Below, piece after piece: positions 49,466-61,742 of a DNA stretch of 64,000 nucleotides. Numbering within the stretch: the stretch's first letter is position 1; every line of letters begins with the position of its first letter. The position numbers and the translations under genes were made by a program. Origin of the DNA: Podarcis filfolensis (lineage: Eukaryota); NCBI GenBank assembly GCA_964270895.1, contig OZ185453.1; one strand, given 5' to 3'. Under the pieces are notes generated by a model that worked only from the letters and a program-made list of their open reading frames with translations, was not told where the DNA came from and made no database searches.

Positions 49466-50070
49466 GGTTTGGGTCCTATGCTCTCCAAAAACAAATTTGT
49501 TCCATCATCTATGTGACAGTTCTTCAAATATTTGAAGACGCGGGTGGCGCTGTGGGTTAAACCACAGAGCCTAGGACTTGCCAATCAGAAGGTCGGCGGA
49601 TCGAATCCCCACGATGGGGTGAGCTCCCGTTGCTCGGTCCCTGCTCCTGCCAACCTAGCAGTTCGAAAGCACGTCAAAGTGCAAGTAGATAAATAGGTAC
49701 CGCTCCAGCGGGAAGGTAAACAGCGTTTCCGTGCGCTGCTCTGGTTTGCCAGAAGCGGCTTTGTCATGCTGGCCACATGACCTGGAAGCTGTACGCCGGC
49801 TCCCTCGGCCAATAAAGTGAGATGAGCGCCGCAACCCCAGAGTCGGTCACGACTGGACCTAATGGTCAGAGGTCCCTTTACCTTTACTATCATATTGGGA
49901 TTCTTCTCCAGGCCTTCTTTTCCAGGCTGCCCTGCTCCTTCAGCCTTTTCTCATAGAATTTTTCTCATGGCCTCTCGCCATCTTTGTCAACCTCCTTTGA
50001 ACATGTGCCAGATTGCCAATATCCCTCCTAGACTGCAGTGTCCAGAACAGCAGGTCCATTCCATATGACA
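49466..50070 (-). mobile_element. Old CR1 remnant split by a Sauria SINE
   Basis: TGTGACAGTTCTTCAAATATTTGAAGA [SINE] CTATCAT...TTTTCCAGGCT...CTCATAG...GTCCAGAAC is collinear with the reverse complement of the CR1 at 44278. Confidence 0.7.
49537..49887 (+). mobile_element. Sauria/Squam1 SINE, short variant
   Basis: Full-length match to the other copies; no clear TSD. Confidence 0.93.
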
Positions 50071-50769
50071 GCCTTTATAGACTCAGATACATTGCACTAC
50101 TGTACGGATCTATAATGCTGCTATTTCAGAGAGATTAGGTTGCATCCCCACATAATATCTGGGACAAAACAAGGGACTGTCACAGGATTTGGCAAGACCG
50201 TGAAGTCATTAATATCCAAGTAAGAGAGAGAAGGAAGATAGGTCTGCCTGCAAGAAGCGCAATGAGTGAATAAGAGCTTGACTCTTGCCTGTTTTATATG
50301 TTCAGAAACCACTGAGTTGGTCCATTAAAAGCCAATGAGATTGTTTTTAGAAACAAGAGCACAGGAATGGCAAAACTCTGTGCTCAGGTTCCTCCATATT
50401 GGCCTTCTAACTATGGACCTTTAGAATGCACAGACAAGAATCACATTTTCATCGTTTTTCCAAATCATGGGGAATAGAAACCTTTTCCTGGCCCAATTAT
50501 GACAAGACACTCTATGATACAGATAAGGGCCTTCTTGGTGCCTGTTTCCAGATTGTGGTACGCCCCCCCCCCCATTTCCTTTTACTGGCAGGCAAATACT
50601 TGTTTCTTGTGACAGGCCTTTGCCCACTAACCGGCTGTTGTGGCAGTGTCTTCTGAGGCTGGGCGTTGTATTTTGTGCATGTGTGCGTGCTTTGGAATGG
50701 TTTAAAGTGCTGTTTTTAAAAGGGTTACTTATTTGTTTCTAAATATTTATAATTATTGTGTGTGTTTTA

Positions 50770-50858
50770 GTTGTCTGTTTTGATTTATGCTGTGAGCCAC
50801 CTTGGGTCTTGCAACGGGAGAAAGGCAGGATATAAACAAAAAATAAAAAATAAAAAAC
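50770..50858 (+). mobile_element. L2-like 3' terminus
   Basis: TGTGAGCCACCTTGGGTC...AGAAAGGCAGGATATAAA followed by an A-rich tail. Confidence 0.5.
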
Positions 50859-50871
50859 ATTGCCTGACCCT

Positions 50872-51757
50872 CCATGAACTTCTCTAATCATTTGAAGCCA
50901 TCCAAGTTGCTGGCCATCACTGCCTCATGTCGGAGAGAAATCCATAGTTCCACCACTTTGTGCTGTGTGAAGAATTCCTTTCTTTTGCCTGTTCTGAATC
51001 TTCCAAAATTCAGTTTCATGAGATGTCCATGGGTTCTAGTGTTACGAAACATGAAGCAAAAACTTTCTCTATCCACTTTCACCATGCAATGCATAATTTT
51101 AAACAGTTCTATCATGCCACTTCTTACTTGCCTAAACTAAAAAGTCCAAAACGCTGCAACCTTTCTTCGTAGTCACCCCATCCCCTTGATAATTTTGGTT
51201 GCCCTTTTCTGAACTTTCCCCATCTCTACGATATCCTTTTTGAGATGAAACAACCAATACAGTATTCCAAATGCAGTCATCCCTCGTATTTGTATAAGGG
51301 CATTGTGATACTGGCCGTGTTATTTTCAATTCCTTTCCTAGTGATCCCTAGCACAGAATTTGCCTTTTCCGCAGCTGCCACACACTGGATTGACCTCTTC
51401 ATTGAGCTATCCACCAAGACCCCAAGGTCTTGCTCCTGGTCTTTCACTGCCAGTTCAAACCTCAAGAGTGTATGTGTAAAATTAAGGTGTTGTTGTTTTT
51501 TTAAAAAAATGATTTTCTTTGCCATGACATGCATCAGTTCACATTTGTTTACATTGAATTGCATTTCCATTTTACCACCCATTCACTCAGTTCGGAGGGG
51601 TCATTTTTGAGCTCTTATCCATCCCTTTTTTGTTTTAAAGACTCTGAACCATTCAGTATCATCTGCAAACATGGCCACCTCACTGCTCACTCTAGATAGC
51701 TTATGATGAACAAATTAAAAAGCACAGGTCCCAATACCAAATCCTTGAGGAACTCCA
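50872..51757 (-). mobile_element. Degenerate CR1 ORF2 (RT to C-terminus)
   Basis: Minus-strand peptides GVPQG.VLGPVLFNL, MQFNVNKCELMH...QDLGVLVDSSMK...KANSVLG and MIELFKIMH...TRTHGHLMKL...KRKEFFTQ...LW. Confidence 0.88.
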
Positions 51758-51961
51758 ATGCATTTTTCCCTCTGGGTGTAATTGGTCCTATTAAATGAAA
51801 CTGCTTTGGATTAACTGCTTGGTTTCTCTCCAAGAACATTTGGCAGAGCCAGAAATGGATTCGTTCTGCTCTGCCAACGGTCTAGAATGGATTGTGGAGA
51901 AGCCTTGTATAGCTTGGGAACATCTGATAGTCAACCCAGTAGGCTTCTTCTTGTACAGTAC

Positions 51962-52099
51962 CAGACCCTGCAAATGTCCCTATTTTCCAGGTACAGTGCC
52001 AGATTTACAGAAGCTGTCCTGGTTTCTGATTTGATCCCGGAATGTCCCACATTTCCATAGGACGTCCCTATTTTCATTGGAGAAATGTTAGAGGGTATT
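51962..52099 (-). mobile_element. CATACCCTCCAA-family TIR element
   Basis: Reverse complement of 4286-4423 over its full length. Confidence 0.72.
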
Positions 52100-53500
52100 C
52101 AGACTCCAGAATATGGAAGGTCCAGTGTCCATTCTTAGAAACTATCGGTGTGGTCTAATTAACAATGAACTGAGTGAATAATCTGGCTATGACAGGTTGC
52201 AGGTACTCCGGTACGAGATATCTTATATGATTCTCATGAGATCATTTGTATGAGCACATTAACATTGGACTTAACAAATGGCAAGGTGTGACGTTACATT
52301 TCCAGCTGGTTCTCTTTATGCCGTGGCAGAAGCACATGGGCTACCATTAATTTCTGTGTGCATGAGTTTGTGCAATATCAGCTACCTCAGTTAACTACAG
52401 AGCAGACCCTCCTTCCTTTCCTTGAGATAAGGTGTTCGTAGCTTCTCTCCTATATTCCGGCATAATCCATGATGGAAGTGGGGTGTGGGGTGGGATTTCT
52501 GCCCATGTAATTAAGGAGAAAGTGTAACTGAGTAGCAAAATAGTGCCAGCCCTGCTCTGATAACAATGAGGAAATGGAAATGAATCTTCTGCGAAAGTGG
52601 ATGCAACATTGGGCTGCTTAACACCTTGACTGAGTACCTGGGGGTCTGTATTCGAATTGCAAGAGCCGGATCAGTAATTGATACCTGAGGGATTCATTTA
52701 GCTAGTTAGAGCTGTAATCACCAGCTGGAAGGGCTTATGTTACCTCATTGCTTTGAAAGGGGAAGTTATATTTTTCTAAGCTATTTTCCAAGAACTTTGC
52801 TATTTGTATTATTCAGAATGACAAGCAATGGCACGGGCTCTGTCTCCTCTGTCGTCTTTTAAACTTTTATAGGACTTCAGTGCTAGCAGCTCCACAATCT
52901 ATTGCTGTTGGTACGAGCTATTAGCTGAGTGTACAAAGACTAATAGGTTACATCCATTATATGCAAAGTTTGGCTATCACTAGGAAACAGTGTTTCCTCT
53001 TTAAAAAGATAGCTGTGTTTTATAGAAGTCTGTGCAATGCATCTACTTTATTGCCCTCTGGAGAATTCTTTCTCTGAGCAGAAAGAGCAAGCAACGGCAT
53101 GCAAAGAGTTTATAATGACAGAGATAGCCTTTTGATTTACAAGAGCGAGACTTTTATGCGGATTTTAGTGATTGGCTGGCTCAGAAAGAAACATTTGTGT
53201 TTTCAAGAATTGCAACAGCGTTTCAGGCAGAGCTGCTTTTTCTTTTATGGCAACATGGTGAAAAGAAAAACCACAATGGACAAATATGCCTATTGCATTG
53301 GTTCATTTCTAGGAAGGACATAGTCAGGATCCTTCCTGAACTCTGAAACAAATAATGTGACATCCTTGCAAGTTCAAAAAAGACAGGGCTAAGGGCCAAG
53401 CTATATGTTACATGAATTGCATGGGTGCAATTAGCATGCATGTTTTAAAATCGAAATAACAGCTGCAGGGGTGCCAGAGAAGATGGAGAGAATTTAACTA

Positions 53501-53757
53501 CCATATTTTTCACTCTATAAGACGCACCAGACCACAAGACACGCCTAGTTTTTGGAGGAGGAAAACAAGAAAAAAAAATCTGAATCTCAGAAGCCAGAAC
53601 AGCAAGAGGGATCGCTGTGCAGTGAAAGCAGCAATCCCTCTTGCTGTTCTGGCTTCTGGGATAGCTGCGCAGCCTGCATTCACTCCATAAGACGCACACA
53701 CATTTCCTCTTACATTTTAGGAGGGGAAAAGTGAGTCTTATAGAGCAAAAAATATGG
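53501..53757. mobile_element. Tc1/mariner-type MITE with an internal 25-bp perfect hairpin
   Basis: TIRs CCATATTTTTCACTCTATAAGAC / GTCTTATAGAGCAAAAAATATGG; TA at 53499-53500 and 53758-53759. Confidence 0.88.
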
Positions 53758-54800
53758 TATTTCATTCCTGTATGAAAACTGCCTCCCCTCAAGCTGTTAA
53801 CTGCATCAGCACCAATGGAAACTTTCTCCTGAGTAAAGAGCAGCCTCTGGGAGGGGGAAATTTTCATTGAGACCACAAAGGGTTTAACACGTCCTCCCCA
53901 TCCTATACAGTCCCAGTGTTGAAACCTCCTCACCTACCCACAACTATTTAATTTTTTAAAAAAAACAGCAACCAAAAGCATACACTTTAATTGCATTCAT
54001 GCAATTAATGTTGCATCTAGGTTGAACTTGAAAGTCCACATGAATGTGCTCACCCTGCTTTGAAGCTGTTAACTGGGCCTGCCCACAAAAGGAAGACCAG
54101 CCAATCAGTACACAGGGGTACTGACAACTGTTAACTGTTTCAAACCTCCATATGAGCCCTGCATCTACCTGGTCTCTTGAAAGACTATACATGCTTGGGT
54201 GGGTGTGTTCTGCATATGTGTTGTAGCACATGGAGCCAACAACAGCCTTGGTACATATGCACATTTCCCCTGCCATAGAACTACTGAGGATGCAGAAGCT
54301 CATTTGGTGTTCAGGAGAGGCAGTGCTACTCATGAAGGAAATTAACTGGTTCGGGGACAAGGGGCAGAATAACAGAGCTCAGCAGAAGATTCCAGGCCTA
54401 AAAGTTAGAGGCAATGTTCCATGTGAATGAATGTCACATAGGTTGTGGTTTCAAGGATTGTATGTGGTGGAGGAATGCACTATTGTTCAACCTGTAAAGA
54501 TGAGTCTTGAAAACCTCCAAGCTGAGCCAATCTACTGCAACACTGCGTTGTTCTTTTCAAATAAGATGGATGACTAGTGATTCCTTTAATCTCCCTTCAT
54601 TAGGTGTAGATGACATTGGGCCATTTAAAAGTTCCCTGACTAGCTTACTTTTCCTATTCCAACAATCATCATGGCATAAAGATGAGTTCTACTATCGAAT
54701 GGATTCCCACGCCCCGCGTTGCTTTACCTTGGTGATTAAGAATGCAACAAGTATAATGAGTCGAACCAATGAACCAATGATCCATTGGTTGCCCTATAAT

Positions 54801-54952
54801 CAGTGCTTTTTTCGGGGGGGGGGGCAGCGCAGGGGTACACATACCCCTAAACATTTTGTGGATCCAACTTTGGCCTCATTGAGGGGCAGTATTTCAATAT
54901 GAGTAGGAAAATGAGAGTACTCCTAAACATTTTTTTAGGGGGGAAAGCACTG
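54801..54952. mobile_element. Short hAT-type MITE
   Basis: TIRs CAGTGCTTT / AAAGCACTG. Flanks CCTATAAT and CCTATACA (6/8 match). Confidence 0.72.
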
Positions 54953-55386
54953 CCTATACAGATAATGTCAGTAGTGGCCTGTGTGGTTAGGTGGATATTG
55001 TACTGGATAATTAAGTTGGTCTGAATAACGTACAAAGTTCTATTTCCAATGGACAAATGTTGAGTTATTGTGATTAATTAAAGAGCTTTCTTTGTGACAG
55101 GGTGACCTCATGAAATTCCAAATTATCTAACTATCACAAATTCTCTCTCAAGACTCCAGGTAGCATCCTATATTTGAATTGGGTTTTTTTAAAAAAAAAC
55201 GTTCTTGCCTTCGCTTATGGGCTATACTAAGTCCTGCCTGTTGTTTTTTTCCTGGCTTGATACATTTATTTTAAATGGCTTGTTTGTCATTAGTTCAACT
55301 GTATCTTAACTTCCTGTCCCACTCCCACCCTGGGAAAAAAGGGGGGGAAGGAACTTCTTTTTACAGATTACTGCTAACTAAGTTAG

Positions 55387-55388
<2 letters not shown>

Positions 55389-55423
<35 letters not shown>
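55389..55423. repeat. (AC)n microsatellite
   Basis: Perfect dinucleotide run. Confidence 0.97.
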
Positions 55424-55424
<1 letters not shown>

Positions 55425-56210
55425 TTCTTAGTCAACAAGGAATCAATTTGAAAACATCAAAAGAGCTTTAAAAATTCTTAAAGAGACTAAAATAAGCAGA
55501 TATAGGGATTCTGGGTTGAACCGATACCAATGTTCAGTTTAATGAATTTTTCATAGTACCTTTTAGTTGCTCATTGGCTAATAGCGTAAACTTTGACCAG
55601 CTGCTGCTAATGGGGCCTCTTTCTTGAAACTGTAGTTTAATAAATTGCTTTTGATGTCACAATGCAAAAGCTGAAAAACCATTATTTCCCACCTAGTCCT
55701 AATACTTTCAAGACAGTTAAACCAATGTTATTTCATGTCATGCTAGGAATCAATAATGATCATAATGTTAAAAAGCAAATTCTATTCCGTTTATGCCAAA
55801 CGCTTCCTTCCTTTATGCAATGGCCCCGTTGCATCCATATCTTTGGTTGATGCAAACTGGTATTCATCCTACATCTTCATGTAAATTTATACTAGTTTAT
55901 ATCTAAACTAGAGAGGTTTTCTTCCTATGGACATCAAAGCTATCAACTGGCAGTTTAGCAACACGGTTTTGCGTATCCAGTTAACGCCTTCCCTGCATTT
56001 CTTTGGCTTTATAAAGAACAGAGTGACCCAAACCCATATATCTGAAGTTATTGACTCCCCAACCCAGGTTTGTAAACAGCTGAGAAAGAAAACAGGATGT
56101 TCTCCAGGCAGCAATACGGAGTAGTTAAACTTTTATGATTTGAATGATTGCTGGTTCCTTTTTCTTTTCCCAAACTACTGATGTGCCTAAAATGACTAAT
56201 ACTGATATAT

Positions 56211-56395
56211 GGGCAAAGGCTGTTGCTCAGTAGAAAAGGATATGTTTTGCATGGAGGGAGGAGCCCTGGATCAAATTCCTGACGTCTCCGAGAAGGGCTA
56301 GGCCAGACTACTTTCCAAGATCCTGGAGATCTTTTGCCAGCCACTGTCAATGAAAGTGAGTTAGATAAATAGTTTGACTCAGTATATAGCAGAAG
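56211..56395 (+). mobile_element. Degenerate tRNA-derived SINE (Squam2-like)
   Basis: GGCTGTTGCTCAGTAG...TTTGCATG...CCCTGGATCAAATTCCTG head plus a GACTCAGTATA tail shared with the 9846 and 27268 fragments. Confidence 0.5.
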
Positions 56396-57428
56396 GGCTA
56401 ATCAACATTTGTATGTGCAAGTAATGTTGATGGACTTATTTGCAATGTTTGCAAACCTCATTATGTTGGTGGTTCTCCATATTGTCTGGACCTTTTCCTC
56501 CGTGTGATCTCAACCTGCAAAAAGATAAAAAGGAGAGAGAGAGCTGCTGGTGGTGTGGTGAAAATTGCAAAACCTACAAGAAACATTCTTTCATACAAAT
56601 AGTTTTGCCATATGAAGCAGCCTTCATGCAATGGCATTTCAAATGGCCATCCACATGGATGTCTATAAGCATTGAGCCTAAGGGAAACAGAATTAAATGG
56701 GTGTTTACTTGTTCACTTCGCGAGATCATGCAACTTCTCCCCTCAAGAAAAAGCGTGCCTGTTCAGAGGTTAGATTGTCTTAAAGAAAGGAAGTAGCATG
56801 GGACATGGCAGCAGTCAGTTCAGACAAACAGTACATGAGGTGGTAGAACTACTATTCATCTGAGTCTCTTTATAGAGCTGATGGGGATCCCTTTTCCCCT
56901 CTTACATCTTTCCAGAAACCAATGTAATGCAGAAAAGTAATGTTAATGCAAAGTCAGGCTTCCCCCCTGATATGCTCATCTTTCATATGCAGGGATTTTC
57001 CCCCCCATGGAAAACCACACAATCTTCCACACAGTCCTGAAACACTTGTAACTTCCTCATTAGCCCATTTGTGTGAACTGAGCTGGATACTCCATGTTTG
57101 CTGGGTCAGGGTCAGAGCCTAAGAAAGGTGTTACTACATAATAGGACTCCAGTAACTCCTACAATTGGGTTGTTTGAGGGGCCACATTAAAAAAAAAAAA
57201 CCAACCACAAATCAATGCAGGCAGAAGAAAAAGGCTGGAATGGATCTGTTGCTTCTGCCTGCCACCTCCAGAGACAGACATAGGCAGAAGATGCAAATCC
57301 CTTCCAGCTTTTTTCTTCTGCTTGCATCTGTATCTTCCCCATGGCTGTGTGTGCCCTACCTCCACTTGACATCTTTTGTGGAGAGAGATCTGTGAAGGTG
57401 AAATGCTGCTTTTGTGGCATGCATGCCA

Positions 57429-57466
57429 GGAAGGAAGGAAGGAACAAAGGAAGGAAGGAAGGAAGG
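57429..57466. repeat. (GGAA)n-like microsatellite
   Basis: Interrupted GGAA array. Confidence 0.85.
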
Positions 57467-57854
57467 GGAAAAGCCATCCCACCCTCAACCCCTTCAGGTT
57501 GCCTCAGGTTAGCTTAGGATGGGTCTTGCCTTCTTGGCCATTTTTGTGGTTGTTTTGTTAGCTTTTCACTTCTTGCTTGTCCTTATTTGTTGACCTTGTC
57601 ACTCACTTCTTCCTTCATTGAAATAAATAAATTATTCCCTGGGTGCACAACCTATTGAAATGCCTCTGACTCCCACAAGCCAGAAACCCCTTAGTTCAGT
57701 GGATTGGTTTGCTTCTCATGTAGCTCCTCTGTCATGGAGGTCTCTCACCAAGACCTAACCATTAAGTGATGAGGGGCCAGAATATCTGAGGATCTCAATG
57801 TTGTACGTTATAACTGGGCAAGTGTATCTTGAGGGCCAAGATGGGAGAGAAAGT

Positions 57855-58245
57855 CAATTCCACTAAAAAATTAAGGTGAATCTACCTAATTTGCATTTTC
57901 CAGAACAATATGAAAACCAAAGCAAATACATCCTTCAAAATTCACACTTCTCCAATATTGCATTCCAACTCTCCAACCAAGTAGTCTGTATAAGAATGCC
58001 TATACTGGAGTAAAGTGTGCATTTAAAAAATGCATATGTTGGTGAAAAGAACACTCTGCAAAAATGTGCATATTAGGGGAAATGACATACAAATGTGGTT
58101 ATTAGGGGGGGAAATGCACATTAAAATGCTGGTGTATTTTCCTGAAGAGTTTTTTTTAAATATATAATAATAATAATAAATCAGACTGATGTGGAAATAC
58201 GGGGAATTGAACTTAACAATGGAGAGAAACCAAAATGGACAGGGT
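57855..58245. repeat. Old interspersed repeat, homologous to 15540-15810 in the opposite orientation
   Basis: CCTAATTTG...AAAATTCACACTTCTCCAA...GCAAAAATGTGCATATTAGG...AAACCAAAATGGAC. Confidence 0.6.
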
Positions 58246-59799
58246 TCCCCTACACCAACTGAGACTGTCTGTGCTAGGGTGTCAGGAAATTTCCAAAGTG
58301 TGCTTTCAGTTTAGTTGTGTATGTGTGGGTGCACAGGAGAGAGAATGACTCTATAGGTACTAAGAGTCTATAGGTACTAAAATGGATATGCAGTACTGCC
58401 TACTCTCAATGATATTATGAAGACCATGGCCAATTAAAGGTACAAGATATTTGAATATTCTGCTTAAAGACTGAATTAACCCCAAATGTCATGTGTATGA
58501 AACATATTTTTCCCATTATTATCTACGAGGGGAAATGTTTGAACAAATACTAACCAAGGAACGTAATAGATACTAGCAAGTTGAAAAGGAAGAGTGATAC
58601 TAAAAGCGCCTTTTTTACTCTGTGAAGAAAAAGTGAGCATGGAGATTTACTGACATACTTTATTATGAGGAATTTATTCCTTTCTGCCTGCCACCCTCAT
58701 TACTACCTGTTGTTTCAATGTAAAATATACTTTCCTGATTTCCTACAAACAAGAATTCTAACCACTGCCCTTGCTTTCACCAGAATTAATTTTTTTCCAA
58801 TCCAGGTTTTGCTAAGAAAAGAACCAAAAATAATAGAAGTCTCTTCCTCATTGTCCCTTCAGCTATTGAACATTGCTTTTCACTGAACACTGTTTTAATT
58901 GTACCATTGTTCTGCTAAAGCCCTATTGTCTGTGTCCTTCAAAACTGTTGGTTATTTAAATGACAAAAAAAGCTGAAAAGCACATTGTTGTAATTGATTT
59001 GTATGTTTGAATTGTCTTACCAGAAAACAAGGTTATGAATTTCATCTGTTGAGACGCAAAAAGAAAAATACTTTCCTACAAAAATAAAGGTTAATAAAAA
59101 CGAAATAATTATTCTTCTGTGTGCGTGTGGTTTTTTTAAATGTGCCAATGCTTCATTGAAGTGCCATATTGGAACACATAGGTTTATGGGAATGGGTTGA
59201 GAAAGCTGATCTATTTAGATTTTAGGGTTTATCTCCCCCATCCACGGCCATGTCCCCAGCTATGCTTGCGCCCCCTGTTGGATTGCCACTGTGCATGCAC
59301 TTGGTTCTTAGTCACATACCTAAGGGCAAGACTTAGGGGGAGAAGTTCAGGGAACCACTTGGCAGAGTGAGCATAGCTTACCACATTTTGAAGAAAGGTT
59401 CTCCCATGGGCCATCATGTTACATGCCTCAGATAATGCAGGAACATCCAGAACAGCCTCTTCCACTGATCTTAATACACAGGCTGGTTGAAAGAGAAGGT
59501 GTTATCTCAGATATTTGGGACCTGGACCATTAAGGAACACAACCTATGGGGCTTATGCTAACATCATAGCACTAAGGAGATTGTTCCATCATGAACCGAG
59601 ATTGCCCAATGGACTGATCTCTTTTCATTCCCCAATGTGCTGCTCTGGGGCTTGTTCTAGAGTTGGATCAAGGCCTCTCCTTCCTACTTTCAGCCTCACC
59701 TTAATCCCAGTGGGGTTACTGTCAGACTTTATTTTCGTTTAATAAAAAGTGCATAGCACTTAAATGTAAGCACAACCTCTAAGCAAAGAATATAAAATA

Positions 59800-60049
59800 C
59801 AGTCATACCTTGGAAGTCAAATGGAATCCGTTCCGGAAGTCCATTTGACTTCCAAAATGTTCGGAAAGCAAAGCGTAGCTTCTGATTGGCTGCAGGAAGC
59901 TCCTGCAGCCAATCGGAAGGCGTGGAAGCCCTGTCAGATGTTCACCTTCCAAAAATAGTTCACAAACCGGAACAGTCACTTCCAGGTTTGCAGCGTTTGG
60001 AAGCCAAAATGTTCAAGAACTAAGCTGTTTGAAAACCAAGGTACGACTG
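59800..60049. mobile_element. Family C MITE (inverted relative to 22495)
   Basis: CAGTCATACCTTGGAAG / AACCAAGGTACGACTG; TA at 59798-59799 and 60050-60051. Confidence 0.88.
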
Positions 60050-61256
60050 TACTGTACACATTAAAATGGTTTGTGTTAAAAATGCTTAATGTAAAAAAAA
60101 AAACACAGCCAAGTTTACAAAAAATAAAAACGAGTAAAAATCAACAGATGAAAGGTATACATTCTCTTTCTGCTTTGTATCCCTTGGTGAAGTCCAAATG
60201 GATGGTGTGTTTGTTGAATTACCCTTGTGTTTTCTGTATTTCCTTATTTTGTTCAATATAAGCACATTCAGATGCAGTGCCCGAGAGTAAAGCACTGGTT
60301 CTGTGGTGCTAACAAACAAGCAAAATGTTAACTATGTTTGCCTTAGCGTTAAAGGAAAGCAATTGTGGAGTTTGTTTCTGCAAATTCATCTCACCCTTCG
60401 CTGATCCAGAAACAGATCAGCAGAGCGTCAGCGACCGATTCCAAAGCCGAGAGCCTAATACATTATTTAGATTTCCAATTAAACATCTGCATGGTAAATA
60501 GTGACAAGGCTGGCCTCCCCCACTGTGCTTTTTTGTTATCTTTACAATAAGGCATGCATTATTCATGTGATCTTTTCGTTTAACTACCCCACTCGACGAA
60601 AGCTGAACTTCTGCAGCCTGCTTCACGAAGGGGATCTTTGCAACTTTCGGAGATTTTTTTGTTGTTGTCTTCGAGTTATGTCCAAGAGCCTAACCCTGAA
60701 AGAGTTGCCAGGGACAGTTAAACAAAGCAGAATGGTAGTTGTGCATGCTCAATGTATGATGGAGTACATGCGTGTCCATCAGCATGCTCATGTTTTGGCA
60801 TGTTTTCATGTGAACGTTCAATCCCACAGGCATGAAAGTCATCTTCTCCTGCCACTACCTCACTGCCAAGCAATAGAGGAGTCATCCATGCACAAGTAAA
60901 TTATAACCTTGGGCACTATACGCCTCAAGAGCCAAGGAGATTTGCTCCTCAGCCTGAAACAGTCAAATACTTTGGACCAGCCCTTCCAGTGAGGCCTGTA
61001 ATTCAGCTAAGGAGAGGCTTTTGGTTTTGGCTGTGGAAAGGACTGGCCCAGGAAGGGAGATGGGCAGCATCTAGTGCGGGAACGTTTAGGGTGGCAGGAG
61101 AGGATATCTTGTTTATTAATATCCTTCCTAACTTGTGTTAGCAAGTTTCTATACTTAGCAGAGTGCATTCCCCTTTACACAGCAGAAAACAGGTTGCAAA
61201 CTCATGTGAGTTTCTTAAGATAATATGCAATTCAATCTGGCTTCTCCATATTGAAA

Positions 61257-61742
61257 TGCGTTCTAACATTTTCCTAGTAGAACCCCTTGAATCCCTCCGA
61301 AAAGAATAAAGACACCACAGTCTTATTCATAAGCAATAGAAAGAAAGTTTACTCATGATCAGGCAGAACACGGCTTAAAGTTACAAACGTACAGTATAAA
61401 AACAGGTTTACCCCATAAGGGAGATGACCTGGGGGACTGCTTGGCTGGCAGCCAGCAGTTCATTCCAGGAAGTTCGCAGGACGAAAGGAAGATGGAAAAG
61501 AGAGAGAGTGGCAGCACGCCTTGGCCTTTAACCAGGTCTGGAAAGGTCACGCCCACCCACTAGTCACATGCAAGGAAGGATGCTCAAGTCCAGGAGAAAC
61601 AGGAAGTTTCGACTGGCTGGACCAAACATCCCCTTGCATGTCCACTCGAGCAAAAACAAGGAATGTTGTATTTGACTGCTCCCAGTGGATTACATCCCAC
61701 ATCTAGTTCATAGTAAATTGGACATTCCAAGTTTTCTTATCA
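61257..61742 (-). mobile_element. Probable solo LTR
   Basis: The minus strand shows a TATA-like TTAAAGGCC, an AGTAAA signal and a U5-like GACTGTGGTGTCTTTATTCTTTTCGG. Architecture parallels 10006-10460. TSD not found. Confidence 0.5.

Noticed and set aside
53806-53820. TCAGCACC half-site resembling REST/NRSE near a neuronal gene
   Set aside because: The right half (GGACAG at the correct spacing) is missing, so this is a chance match.
58350-58380. TCTATAGGTACTAA repeated with a short spacer
   Set aside because: An isolated micro-duplication with no further structure; two units are not an array.
60501-60899. 132-aa plus-strand ORF
   Set aside because: No recognisable domain or splice context, and its length is compatible with chance.
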